Positions 12,001-20,500 of a stretch of DNA of 64,000 bases are shown here, one piece after another. Origin of the DNA: a virus. Positions within the stretch are counted from its first letter, which is position 1; the number at the start of each line of letters is the position of its first letter. The stretch spans positions 1 through 64,000 of the IMG/VR virus record IMGVR_UViG_3300025018_000006; one strand, 5' to 3'. A program made the position numbers and the translations under genes. The notes beneath the pieces are model-generated. The model was not told where the DNA came from. It worked only from the letters and a program-made list of their open reading frames with translations, and did not search any database.

Positions 12001-13835
12001 GAATCTCCTGTATTTTTCTGCAATTCAAAAGTGGCATCATCCATCCCTGGAGCTAATACTATATTAGGCCTGATATTCTCAGCTGTACTTTGGATATACA
12101 TCTGTGGTAATAATGCAGCTTGAGCGGCAGCTCCACTTACTCTTGCGATATTAAGTGTTGTTAAGTCAGCTATTTTAGTTGCAAATTTTCCACTTTTCTT
12201 AGCTAATATTTTTCTCATAACCGGTTTTAACCCGGCACCAAAAGCTTCTTTAGTTGCTGTAAATGCGCCACCAGTATAAGCAAACTCGGCCATATAAGGA
12301 ATCATTTGCATTGCCCCGGCCGTTGCTTTAAACCAGTTTCCTTGAGTATCATAATTATTAGCATATCCTAATGTAGCATATGCCTTCAATGCTAATTCTT
12401 CAGGTAAGGTAATCGATTCTCCTTTTTCAAGTCTTTTAGCAATACCTGTTATATTTAAAGCATCAGCCATTTGTGGAAGCCCAATAAGCATATCACGAGC
12501 ATCAACACTTTTAAATCCTTTTCCAACATCTCTTATACCTCTACGTGCTAAAGGAATTTCGGAAATCTCGCTTAACTGTTCTCTTACTTTAAAGAGCTGA
12601 TTCAAATCTCTTGTTGTATTTGTTAACCAAGCATTAACATTTTCTTTACCATATTTTTTATTTTTCTCACTTAAAGGAAGTGAAGCTGGTGAATTTTTAT
12701 AAAAATCTTGATCATAAGGACTTTTTCCATTTAATTGTCTTTTTTGATCTGCTACATTTCTCCATGGATCAGTAGTATCCATATTAAATATTACACCTGG
12801 TCCAATAGCTGATTCATAATAATCAATTAAATCATTTACCTGATTTAACATATATTCATTAAAAAGCTGAACTCCTTCAATAGTCATATTACCATCTTCA
12901 GAAAATGCAAATTTTTTCAAAAGACTTCCTGCTATTTTATGAGCTAAAGCATCTTTATCTTCAACATCTTCTTTAGTAGCGGCAATTTTCTTTGCTTCCT
13001 GAAATATCATTTGCCTTCTTTTATTTACATCACCATTTAGATATTCCTTTTTATTAGTTGCATTAGACCATACTTTATCTAAATCTTCTTTAGGAATATC
13101 AGCTTCTTTCTTACTTGTTTTCTTTTCATCCTTTCCTGCATATTTAATAGCGGCCCAGGATAAATCAGTTTCAGGACTTTTCTCTTCAAGTCTTTTTTTG
13201 TCAAGTATTTCAAGTTTATCATTGATAACTGAATTATATGCTTTATTAAGAAAATGATCTCCGTATTTTTCTTTTAAATCAGCATCTTTTAATCCATTGA
13301 ATATACCGTAACCTTCTTCAATTTCCTTTTTTATCTCAGGAGTAACTTCTCTTACTTCTGCTTTAAGAGCTTTCTTTTCATTAGATAAATTTTGAATAGC
13401 TTCTTTAGCACCACGAATACCACCAATTGCTTTTGTTTTCCTACCAAGTCTTAAATCAACATTTCTTAAATCAGATTCATATGAATCCATTTCTCTTTTT
13501 AAGTTTTTGATAGTAGCATCAATCTCAGTTACCCGGTCCGTTTTTTCCTTATCGGTAATATACATATCACCGGTTACTTTCTTATAATCATCAACATATT
13601 TTTCAGCTATTTGCTTTACTTCAGCTATATAATCATCTTTAGTTTTATCAAATTTAAAATGATTATCACTTACTCTAACTGCATCTTTAAGAATATCAGG
13701 AGTATCTTGATCTTTTTCATTTGTTGTTGGTGAAGAATATAAATTTCCTGAAAGTTGAGAATCTTTCTGAATAGAAGTAGCACCTTGTAAACCACCAGGT
13801 ACTTTTACTGCATTTTTTAATATCGGATCTGGCAT
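1..13835 (-). CDS. Giant virion protein (>4600 aa, runs off the left edge of the window): crAss-like virion RNA polymerase polyprotein with zincin and PD-(D/E)xK domains
   Basis: ATG at 13835 (MPDPILKNAVKVPGG...). The frame is open at every point I translated, and the ORF track lists no closed minus-strand ORF here. In-frame motifs: STRVPADD...SGSDFDGDQ (DFDGD at 7395-7409), FHEHAHIY...EE (HExxH at 5247-5261), GTFIH..GGFADLVV..FDFKT..LQLNMY (~4200-4650). Confidence 0.85.
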   Translation of the reverse strand, partial: MPDPILKNAVKVPGGLQGATSIQKDSQLSGNLYSSPTTNEKDQDTPDILKDAVRVSDNHFKFDKTKDDYIAEVKQIAEKYVDDYKKVTGDMYITDKEKTDRVTEIDATIKNLKREMDSYESDLRNVDLRLGRKTKAIGGIRGAKEAIQNLSNEKKALKAEVREVTPEIKKEIEEGYGIFNGLKDADLKEKYGDHFLNKAYNSVINDKLEILDKKRLEEKSPETDLSWAAIKYAGKDEKKTSKKEADIPKEDLDKVWSNATNKKEYLNGDVNKRRQMIFQEAKKIAATKEDVEDKDALAHKIAGSLLKKFAFSEDGNMTIEGVQLFNEYMLNQVNDLIDYYESAIGPGVIFNMDTTDPWRNVADQKRQLNGKSPYDQDFYKNSPASLPLSEKNKKYGKENVNAWLTNTTRDLNQLFKVREQLSEISEIPLARRGIRDVGKGFKSVDARDMLIGLPQMADALNITGIAKRLEKGESITLPEELALKAYATLGYANNYDTQGNWFKATAGAMQMIPYMAEFAYTGGAFTATKEAFGAGLKPVMRKILAKKSGKFATKIADLTTLNIARVSGAAAQAALLPQMYIQSTAENIRPNIVLAPGMDDATFELQKNTGDSFGKGLAKGYMSAFTEMAFERSGQYLMKAIPGAGKAANFAKRKLTGKDFIERKILDDFMKMKGIKAITDMNQYITRNKLGWDGVFEEYLEELGGYFTDRVIQGKSAQSKDFWDDQLTTFMTVGLFGVPMYAANVTNAFTQGKDVKFTMTDTESNEEKEVTLSRPVYQDLMDVLEKRDGVYIDSDAFQKFIDKHGEGMSQEQFDLVTSLTINEGKNRILEETKKQGFNREEDWKDDFDPNIFEDEKSELTEEEIKIRDEENKRITEKYKDLADNGLLVKENQNGQYLEPDKESIDYLHAEVAKQLSEKVELDKYGNRVNVTPDIEKLQRQVDVLHKYQNKFHNQKTNFKDLSIEDKHKRLEIDLDRGEKLSGTASHVTNRKFQVKLSDGRIVDAFYNVNLDQKDNEKANQAVLQNQKLSLELEEWESWNPNLEIGKKIEGIIIPYFDKINVKLEDGTVIGSVQITDFNEKRRKDRDLERKEKEIVENLKKSASEFFTGAAIFSGGINRVVDQGEKDELGKKFIQMVKDAGDWGGIQIEKAFEKLLDFIRSLDTIDDEQKGFLIALAHDNRDKVEKAIAEQQLKAKGFAKEAKELKVDDLEIPEMHGVALSGSNKTDALLQGFAPLWVAIAENTNTTKEIVERKFYLLAKQEGVLSNFENEALFSQYLGSLLGRDEVTDQIVDMLRKSTIGSAVSLFANYNNMYLAKQYGYIFNKGKLTRTLLNPSQKYDEFRESFFNNAKNYTWNGYTGYDAIKRRIYVHVEEMNNRFRNKNQDWEYYDNQSTEKREELRREQHNSDISLLSEITGISKDIWSQYFSSQTAETKAKSSRESANEAEFTTYDNLLKYDTWRGNHRRIQSNIAFNLWYQTIKSPNFELAFNNFFTIGNEQTGALSNLYKLSTAITSVDEIGLSGNDIKGDRFNSFMQSSNISDIAKSITQSQVKNHIVDYYRSKGIEMELSYINGIHNLDENKGKKGTQTVGMSNEDLWLVQLQAFLEGEEVYPHWIGQFGDKPSLTIVDAPKISNLTEEQLQSMRKRFPEFDNAVKWFETEYKPFLSSFLPSLSHEKIQEFIYNFANNIAATNEIFFGKKDSYTSLIDMVKRGGSSNSPGIKMNEFVANGVGETFQFALIDDKLGNWEMFDGVEFMTGEYAERMQVSMGTILSKANQDEYKVLSSVKALTSFIDPETGLRGLTKTNRLNIDILANAFPGSKFEQLRDLMNEKGVDVASFTSGTKKFEKAKNNKERIDASIKMWEDDGSLKKKIDIPENGIVTRLTKHVYIQQDLRHSSIPTSTKMPIQTLSNTLILDNGPAVSNLINKLQNKVMIEMVKEFEGKAMDDVKLEWLKEAVNQHSQPEIFDMLEAGITPYEPALANFLRKMLAGTLTRKALEMPINRLTTQEIPDPDGLLEGRRSWSGTYSTGEKEWKADVILLPDIAANVTGARYEDAQFEGDIDGALNQVLQRREYYSDLFDEYGNIMWWEIVARNGVIPGEYIISTRVPADDLHSHTVGRLKHKISGGNFTMLDNESQLASGSDFDGDQRFNQVFFKDKNGKIILDNSKEGIANQIMQMIAIDYTKPKFDAKIKAAINTKLYDDIVKRVREREGITENQFSFMDPRGFDKARRENMTGVKMKGMLTDAVTIYGLLAHLNIKFNRSIVLQTGKSKISLTGFAADPQGKLKLHLANFLNLAFDNAADPKIEDIGINEITSNMFVIALLGNKNLDTKNDKAIIKHIEQVVKYFTSPEMRAFTSAMRRQNGGMYSVNMKDLEIKFKRDFEGDLPGQIIEFYKLSQELPELRRFYNLTQRASGSSVEIQTDKALYDDIRVNSKEKFKLIDVKPLFNERGEPITEFKSAKTALEISDMYIYQDSWIHTPVGLEIRSALLNKFNKKKRFFVNELKSIDYALSNIATLRAIGVRQSASNLEKELLANIDKYRKKYPDNKFLQTIQKVYRNGKFRLEIAPDYRQAKIGEKNLKQIREDFDSLPGELQDKFAAHTVYQFGTTTSTYGGSYYSLLGTDFRISLSRKAQNELYDWQVNNISSIDKLQMMNWVLRASRVQEFKDKSQIANPSYANYYDYQSLANIATPISYDTLEGVTGVTNANEYIEYAENHQFSAQSLRDELNSRYGLNIKSVTKELVPAANRLMSDLEREAKATFPVYPKSNESPKSMLDSDTMGEALATEDPELQKFIFDKLRKMYPGVVFFSSREEFMDFVHKNGGNGREINPHALGHAFKNAVFVDTNKAVQSTVFHEHAHIYWDALPSDHPVKVKLSNLYKEKFPESTDAEIEEMIIGDIGRAGYKLADVKMNGSALQKFVELLKEFWRAVKQIFGASSKTDLVQDMAYSIWNNSDNINPSTNHGEAIVKNMISYNFKKEEIPNFEGDTHTHYIGSKPIPSATSVIKASLSEQFDPIIKAKAAMAKDLKIYRGLSKEKWSAEEARTESDAIQKLWSEDVPENGTFIHSVAESVFSKEPIVITQEDIESNFGKGELATEEYRLLKNDFYDMKDDILDAYPNAKFITEPHLISKKYRIGGFADLVVDIGNNQLLVFDFKTTEKEFAMDDMTPLPEYKKQFGTLKAPFQNIPNSKYSQHMLQLNMYSNMLEEQEDPKAEPIKKTIETDELTPDERAAVEWVNSLNASEQSQEQFVQDKRYTLVKKLQNEGKITRDSNNNAAESFTPKMVQKEITVKQKNKVLKTRIVPIIVKRGKDNIIENARIGNWVKIPRNDKTENITDRLMQMNYLKRQNVEKIYPDFEKTLRDQNTPEYLIRDMLTAYHFMNLYTKDIMNFNKDEIGDIRNEGEKSLYAKLTTSEDAGGLGYSLEDLNGKTSMTSEELFFLAINNIAKSAYTDEKRNELFKEIEVSARYKAFPNENAPATKWFKLDDKIVHEVGLRDLEVGDEVMRVYQIRRRSGREPIDTYHYIVKSIDIKRRKVTVENEDTGDINELSLESVRNGLYKYESETPKGVKPVDFVPRYNYEKESILERHWNPGFRVGDISETREGEIDNEVKTRHIKKVWKFFKNNPSWATIQEFLNEEENVTNLYKEFSVLSEKIEPVAQFIKFMREEAMNHFMAGSISRENREVGANPKHILPQTLNLYYILTNHKDQVWNDFDRVQGIRGNMTPRMIEQRFVPLNLFTTQTEGETKKYMQESFLMNRELERFTGKIDFDIATTESQGVRYWKRPNEVNAEDHPIEREYLEILYKYYEKFDPEHREMVNANRNPRIEISQIFMTRSEFINKYGRRFGPLMEKKLKPSSLDSIKMKVVKGWTRRGKPDYARETDGSVMIRTLGQIKEMYILSEMNDDEKVKFFGKNWRHMFLRIPGVVTEMGKGKANGILTYHIKEAEKISRKGRDELNLPENITKQQRSIPIIGRGNTLYSTSKLVEAEATAIDSMIRSHYLKRLMAPLDWILSRYIEEGVNPESRGLNSIAAYLKAWGEYQLYNIKPEDQLFLKGKTISDIVDFANRVNSLNKIMFSPITQVNNLLIGQTFDLIREPHAVKTGIKRLFGGDGFVYNTEKIKNILRRYQLANITQDALFDQLEKEYRILFGAVDVQDIEKYGYMPMEFVEKVNQFVIFIGLMTDEEWNAYDKKGNTKPGQRNNKLTYHRLSLIEGRVKDIHGDYGKLSAAPFWATNTGKGLLQFRKWLPALLWAQFAPYHLDRNMQVRSGILPTLHILGKMIVYNAQNTAKRQKELQDEIFEANESGEGYSDAWFAYTDEYFDTLIEAVNGGKIKIKDLSDSDKRNLISAIAQVVSYIAITIGSTMLLGGDDNDRYQPFWKRQFMQIFNRYSGDVFFVFSMDNWKYFQENLVPALGLLINGSQFLLDIAYAIKSMFDPTYEKKARYNKDTMLATQGTYKFPISSTYVLPSGSAIRYMTKRWRIHSMRNNYPDLKKFDLDDEDLKEMGINSNLSEFDIIENSYKYKKVYKDMKLSSEYNVLKNKGIDPGTYLDAQIGESLLREESSRLEDALKMMTLQRLYDQGDLGDYDQMLKDATKMRKIKAGK

Positions 13836-13838
13836 ATC

Positions 13839-15608
13839 TTAATTAGAATAAAAATATTCACCTGTCTGTGTATTGTAAATTCTTTTCTTGTAACTTTTTC
13901 CATCAAGCATAAATGGCCCACCTTTATCATTAACAACTAAACTTGAATTAGCTTCATATAACTTCCATCCATCACCATATTTTTGATTCATAAAGTTTAA
14001 TCCAAATTCATAATTACCATCAGCAAATGAGCGGGCTATAACTTGAGTAGATTGATTCGTTCCATACTCTACTTGAAGATTTGTCTTGGCTTGTCCGCCC
14101 CATTCTGCCTCATATGATTGAAGTGTTTCTGGACTAATATTTGCTTTAATCCAAATACTACCTTCATATACTGGAAATTTAGCACTTTCTCCACCAATAC
14201 TTATCATATTAGGTGAATATGTTCCAGTGGCATTAAATCCTGCGTTTTGATATTGTTGCCCCCAAGTAGATTTTTGATCTATCTGAGTTACTGTTATTGC
14301 ATCTATACGGCCAGAATTATTCGGATCACGAGCTATAATTTTTTGAGTTCCATCAGCATTATTAATTATTTGTAATTCTTCATCACTTAAACCATTTAAA
14401 GTTGATTTCCACTGAGCAAATTGCGCAGAAGTCATAGTTTTATCAACACCGTCAATTGTAACTTTATATAAAGCAGCTTGAGCTACATCCTGTTCATTTA
14501 TACGAGTTTCTACATTAACCTTCATATAAGATCCATCTGGCATAATTTTCATCTCTTCAATTCCTTTCATCACAAAAGTACCGCTAAGATTAGCCTCTTT
14601 AAAATCACCACCTTCAAGTTGGTATTTAACAGCAGTTCCTTTATTAAAATACATTGGAGCACCTATCTTTCCGGCAGGAGTAAATACTTCCATTCCTTTA
14701 TGATAAGCTATTACAGCACCTTCATTCCATTGACTGGCTATATTTCTTGCCCAGGCAGGTGATGTTTTCACCATTTCCTCTTGCTGCTTAGCCTGACTTT
14801 CAATTTTTGCTTTATAAGAAGGGTCCCAGGTCATACTTGTTATCTTTTCTTCTTCGCCGATAGAAAGATTAGCCATATGATAATCAAGAGCATTTTTATA
14901 AAATCCTTTATTCTGTTCATTGAATTTTTCAAAATTTCTTTGAATAACTTTTCCATATTGAGGATCTTGTAAATCCCATAATGCCCTTGTGCTTATTCTT
15001 TCTTGAGGAGTTTTTTCAACAATATTCATCATATTACCATTTCGCTCAATAGCAGAGACACCTTGTAATGCTTCATTTCCTGCCATTAAAATTTCTTTAT
15101 ATGATGGTAATTTATTTCCATTAAATATATATCCACTTGCATATTCCTGACCAGCTTCAGTACCATTCCGCATCCAATTATCATATTTTTCACTTTCCTC
15201 TAACCATTGATCTTCGTCAATTTCTCCATTATTAAATGTTTCAGTCATTTTTGCATACTGATCTTTTGACTGCTTATCCATCCTGACTAAATCATTATTT
15301 AAATATTTATCAGTTTTAGATAAAAATTCACTCATTTTATTTACATCAGTTTCAAAATTAGGATTTTCAATAGCAAAATCAGCAATTTCACCATTTAACT
15401 TTTTATATTCTTCTTCTAATTTCGCTCTTATCCATGGAGATTCAGCATCATGCTCTTTCATTAGTTCAGCATAATACTTAGTTTTTTGCTCTTTTTGAGC
15501 ATTTATCTGACTTCGATAAGATTCCCTTTTGTACAGACGGTCAATGTCCTTCTGAAAATCGTGCTGAACGGAAAGTCCTTTAGCACTACCATAAGATAGA
15601 AACCCCAT
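13839..15608 (-). CDS. Putative virion cargo/ejection protein
   Basis: 589-aa ORF between the ejection-like gene and the RNAP polyprotein, a position typical of crAss-like cargo genes; helical N-terminus. Confidence 0.55.
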   Translation of the reverse strand: MGFLSYGSAKGLSVQHDFQKDIDRLYKRESYRSQINAQKEQKTKYYAELMKEHDAESPWIRAKLEEEYKKLNGEIADFAIENPNFETDVNKMSEFLSKTDKYLNNDLVRMDKQSKDQYAKMTETFNNGEIDEDQWLEESEKYDNWMRNGTEAGQEYASGYIFNGNKLPSYKEILMAGNEALQGVSAIERNGNMMNIVEKTPQERISTRALWDLQDPQYGKVIQRNFEKFNEQNKGFYKNALDYHMANLSIGEEEKITSMTWDPSYKAKIESQAKQQEEMVKTSPAWARNIASQWNEGAVIAYHKGMEVFTPAGKIGAPMYFNKGTAVKYQLEGGDFKEANLSGTFVMKGIEEMKIMPDGSYMKVNVETRINEQDVAQAALYKVTIDGVDKTMTSAQFAQWKSTLNGLSDEELQIINNADGTQKIIARDPNNSGRIDAITVTQIDQKSTWGQQYQNAGFNATGTYSPNMISIGGESAKFPVYEGSIWIKANISPETLQSYEAEWGGQAKTNLQVEYGTNQSTQVIARSFADGNYEFGLNFMNQKYGDGWKLYEANSSLVVNDKGGPFMLDGKSYKKRIYNTQTGEYFYSN

Positions 15609-15620
15609 AATTTTTTATTT

Positions 15621-17579
15621 TTATCTATTAAAAGTAGGATTTGTTCCACCAATCTCTCTAATTGTATCTTGCTCATTTTTCAACTGTCTTGCTCCTACAA
15701 TGTTGGAGATTCCAGCTGAAAGCATTCCTGCAAAAACATCTTGAGTTTTATAATATTGATCAACATTTATTTTAGAAATATCAAATTCCTGACCGGCAAT
15801 AGCTGAGTCAACCTTTAAAACGTCTGCCCATTTACGAGCTTTTTCCTGGGCATCGGCAAATTTAATTTTAGTTTTTTGGTCTAATGTAGTTTCGAGTAAT
15901 TTTTGTTGAGAAGCAAGAACCTCCTGAGCAGATCCACCTTTTGCTGATATAGCATTATTTGCATCTCTTCGCTTTCTTTCAATCTGAGAATCCAAAGCAT
16001 TTAATACTTGATTTTCGTATCCGTATTGAGCATTACGCCTTACTTCACCACTAAGTTTCTTTAATGTTCTGCTAACATTAAGATCAGGAGCTTCTCCGGC
16101 TCTCATTAATCCTGCGGCACTACCAGCTGCCTGGACAATACCAGCAGCCTCAGGAGCGTAATCATACCATTTTCTTTCAAAATCTTCTTTAGTATTAACT
16201 TCAGGACTTTCCGTATTATCTACCGGAGCATGAGTACTGTAAATACTTTTTCCCCACATAGTCTTTTCTTTATCAGGAGTTGTTGATAATTTACCTGTTG
16301 CTGACTGCACATTATATTCATTACCGTCTTTATCGTAAGCCACACGACCATCAGGAGACATTACTAATCCTTTTTCTTTATCGTATATCCAGCCGCCATC
16401 TTCAAAATTATTTTTCTTTTTCATACCTCCATCTTTCATTTGAATTTTACTTTTAGCTTTTGGAGCAAGACTATCAAGATTAACACCGTAATATTTAAGT
16501 ACACCAACTTCTTCTGGGGTATAGAAAACTTCCTTTGGACTTACTTTAATGTCAGTTCCTCCATTATCTTTTTTAGCATGAGTTTGATCATCCCATCCAA
16601 GATAAGTTTTTCCTATTTCCATTCCAATATCTGAATTTTCAGCAGGAACGATAAATGATCCATTTTCAGCTTTCATGTTTACATTATCTGATTTAGGCCC
16701 ACCTTTACCGGTTATTTTACCACCTTCTTTATATCCTGATGCAGTTATATAATCAGCGTGCTCTTTAGTCTTTCCTGCAGACCATTTAGCTGTTGCTGCT
16801 TCAATTTCTTTATCTTTTGCTTTTTTATTGAACATACTACCTATTCCTGATACGATAGCACCAACACCTGCTCCAATAGCAGCTCCAACCGGACCACCCG
16901 CGGCACCGATAGCGGCTCCTTTACCTGCTCCTGAAAGTATTGAAGATCCAGTATCTAAGGAATTTGCTTTTTTTAATGTTGAGGCAGGATCGTAACGGCT
17001 ATCTTGATTATTTAAAAGAGTATTTTTCCTACTATCAAGTATTCCTGATCCTAAATCAGTAACCATCCCTATACCACCATCAACAAAACCTGAAACTAAC
17101 TTATCTTTATCTTTTGAAGCAGCAATTTCTTCTTCAGTCATTACCTCGGCAACCGGTCCGCCATCAACATATTTTGGCCGAGAAATAAGATTTGGAAATT
17201 TATTCTTAGCTTCATCTGAAGTCATTGTTTTTAAATTTCCTTTAGCATCTCTTTTTGTTGGATGCACCCATGTATCTGAATCCTTATAATATTCCCAACC
17301 TCCTGAATTTAAAGGAGTATATCTCTTATCACCTGTTGCTGTAATTTCATTCTCTTTTAGAGCATTCATCTTTTCATATTCAGCTAATGCTCTTTTAGTT
17401 TTAGGCCCAATTATACCATCGACTTGTCCATCCTGATATAATCCATAAGATTTAAGTTTTTTCTGAAGATTTTTATTCTCAATATCAGCAGATGACATTA
17501 CCGTAAGCTCAGGTATATTATACATAGTAGGTTTCCTACTTGTAGTTTTTTTAGTTGTTGGTTTTTCTTTTGTTGCCAT
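15621..17579 (-). CDS. Putative ejection/cargo protein with an N-terminal peptidoglycan-binding (PG_binding_1-like) domain and a Gly/Ala-rich membrane-like segment
   Basis: LQKKLKSYGLYQDGQVDGIIGPKTKRALAEY matches the PG-binding signature; GAAIGAAGGPVGAAIGAGVGAIVSGIG glycine zipper; repeated [FYM]x[DE]GG motifs. Confidence 0.65.
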   Translation of the reverse strand: MATKEKPTTKKTTSRKPTMYNIPELTVMSSADIENKNLQKKLKSYGLYQDGQVDGIIGPKTKRALAEYEKMNALKENEITATGDKRYTPLNSGGWEYYKDSDTWVHPTKRDAKGNLKTMTSDEAKNKFPNLISRPKYVDGGPVAEVMTEEEIAASKDKDKLVSGFVDGGIGMVTDLGSGILDSRKNTLLNNQDSRYDPASTLKKANSLDTGSSILSGAGKGAAIGAAGGPVGAAIGAGVGAIVSGIGSMFNKKAKDKEIEAATAKWSAGKTKEHADYITASGYKEGGKITGKGGPKSDNVNMKAENGSFIVPAENSDIGMEIGKTYLGWDDQTHAKKDNGGTDIKVSPKEVFYTPEEVGVLKYYGVNLDSLAPKAKSKIQMKDGGMKKKNNFEDGGWIYDKEKGLVMSPDGRVAYDKDGNEYNVQSATGKLSTTPDKEKTMWGKSIYSTHAPVDNTESPEVNTKEDFERKWYDYAPEAAGIVQAAGSAAGLMRAGEAPDLNVSRTLKKLSGEVRRNAQYGYENQVLNALDSQIERKRRDANNAISAKGGSAQEVLASQQKLLETTLDQKTKIKFADAQEKARKWADVLKVDSAIAGQEFDISKINVDQYYKTQDVFAGMLSAGISNIVGARQLKNEQDTIREIGGTNPTFNR

Positions 17580-17580
17580 T

Positions 17581-20500
17581 TTATATCATTTTTCTGAAAT
17601 ACGTTTTCAATTCCTCAAACCATATAGAAGTTGTACTGTAATTAATAAACTTCATTTTTATATATCCACCAGACAATCTTTCTCTTTCTATCCTTGGAAA
17701 GTTACCATAATATCTTTTATTTCTAAACTTAATATTTCGCGAATTGTTTATTAAATCAGATACAGAAGCTCCTAATTGATCTTCATACACAAGTTGTTTA
17801 AATGTATCCTGACTTGATATAAATTCAAAATTATCATAAATAATAGGAAGATTAGACTGCTCCTTAACAATGATTTCAAAGTATTGATTATAAAAAACTC
17901 CATGATACATACCTGGACTTCCTATTCCGTGTTGATGAATATTATTTAAATTATCATCGATTGAATAAAGGTAGTCTTTCCAATTGAAATAACGCCTTAC
18001 TTTAAAATCAAAGAATCCTATAAATTTATTCTTCTTAATATTATAACAAATAGTTTCAAATAACTCACCCGGCATTCTAAAGGTAACAAAAATTAATTTA
18101 TTACGAATATCAAACCCTCCTACTATACCAAAATTAATATTTGGAGAAGTGAAGTCATATTGATCCATATTATTTGGAATATCATTTACAAAGAAGCTGT
18201 CAAGTCCTTTTGCAATAGAATCATGTGAGAATTGAAGATTATTTGCTATACTAACAAATACTTTTCTTACAGCATCATACCAATGAAATCCTGCATTAGA
18301 TTCTACTAAACCAAATTGATTACTATTTCCAAGTTTATCAATCATCTCATCATATCTTTCAAAAATACCACCAACACCTAATTGTACCGGATCTCCAAAT
18401 TGATTTGTAGATAAAGCTCTTTCATTTATAGGAATATAACCAACAGCATCTCTTTGCCAGTATATTACTTTACTGAATTTACTTTTAATATTTGTAATTG
18501 ATCCATATTCAGTAGACACATCCATATAATTTAATGCGCTGAATTTTCTAAAATTATCTTCCAGCTCACCATATGATTTAGCTGCAGAATATCTCATCCT
18601 TGCATCAAACTTATTTTCAAGCCTGAAATTATATGGTAACGCTAAATAATAATCATCAATATTATCTGATGAATAACCATCATTGTAATTAAAATCATCC
18701 CAATTATGACCTTTAGTAGAATTTCTCCTCATACCATCAGTATTGCTAGTGTCATAACTTCTATTTTTAGCAATATGATCTCCTTCACGATAATCAAGAT
18801 TGATGCGTGTTTCTATCGGAACAATAACAGAATGATTAAAACCACTATAAACACCTAATCTATCTTCATTTTTAAGCATATGCATAAAATCAAACATACA
18901 CACATAAGTATCTCCACCATAAATATCAATGTCATTGAAGATATAATTAGCTCCATCATAAATATCATTCAAAACATCATCATTTATTTCTTGATAATGA
19001 CCGGTTCCAATATAAAGAGTATTTGCTAAAGCAGAATCACCAAGGCCGCCGTATGGATTGCTATTCTCTCTAAAAACACTACACATTAAAAGTTGAGGAT
19101 TTGACCAGGATAAATTATGCTTTCCTTTAATATTTGTTCCAGAAGCCTCGAGTTCATCAAAAATAATTATACCTTGACGAGTAGCATGAGATCTAAGTCC
19201 TGCAAATGTTGTTTCATCAAAAAATAATTTATTAGCATTTGATGGATCAATAACTATTCCATCTACAGCAGAAGCATCACCAATTTGATATTTAGTATAA
19301 ACGCTTACTTCATGCTCTTCAAGCAATTCTCCGTTTGTTCCGGCACCAGTATCATCAGTGTAATATAAAAATTTCTGATACAAACAATAACTATCAGATT
19401 CTTCTCTGCCCATTCCATTAAAATTAACTTGTTCAGATTCATCTGCAACACATGGAGTTAAATAATATTCATTTCTTATTTTATCTCCGGGCTGAATAGA
19501 GAATCCTGTAAAATTAAACATATCTTCCGGACACCAAAAAGAGTAACCTTTATCATAAAGATCAGCATCAGAATCTACATTTCTAAAAGGAGCTTTTACT
19601 TTTATATCATTAGATGAAGCACCTTCTGCTATCATTCCATTAAGAACACCATAAGCAACTCGCTGCCTTTCTATTGGGGCTCTAACGATAGAGAATCCTC
19701 CTATCTTATCTTTAATATCAGTAATATCAATCCCACTTACTCTTATTCCTAATGAACTTCCAACTATTGCTTTAGGTATATCACTAACTAAACTTTCCCA
19801 TATAGCATAATGAGTTTGTGATAATCCGCCATAAGTTGATCCATCACCTGGAGGAGAACTTGTAAAATCTCCCGGGCCAATATTGTATAATCCACCAAAA
19901 GAAGTTTCAGTATTATATAAATGTCTGGTAAAAAAAGGCCTTCCGGTTTTATCAAAGAAAGTAACTCCTAAACGTACTGTTTCACCTCTTGGATAACCTC
20001 TGAAATTATTGACAAAATATGGATTTTTGAAATTATAATAATCATTATAAATTTCTTTTGTCTCAGAAACATTTGTGTTTAAATCAAAAGCACCAGCTGA
20101 TGCCGGTCTGTATTTTGACTTAAATGTTATTGGCTTTGCTGATCCAGTAGTTAAATCAACTACATCAAGCACCATTTCAAGTTTAAATATATTTCCAGCA
20201 GGTATTGTTCTGGTACCCATTGCACCATCGTCAAAAGTACATTCTGTTACTGCTTTATAATAAATAAACGGATAAAGATCTCCAACAGAAGCCATTTCGG
20301 TCATTCCGTTTTTGATTGCAGATAAAGCTTTGTTTCCGGTTGACCACGAGTTGCCAGGATAACCAGTTGAATCAAGCATTAAACCATGCCTTATTGGTTC
20401 CATAGTAACTTCCATCTCATTGTTTTTACCCTCACTATGAACTCCGGAAACATCAATTTCTTCTCTTTCTTTTATATTAGCGAATATGTTTCTTTTTTTA

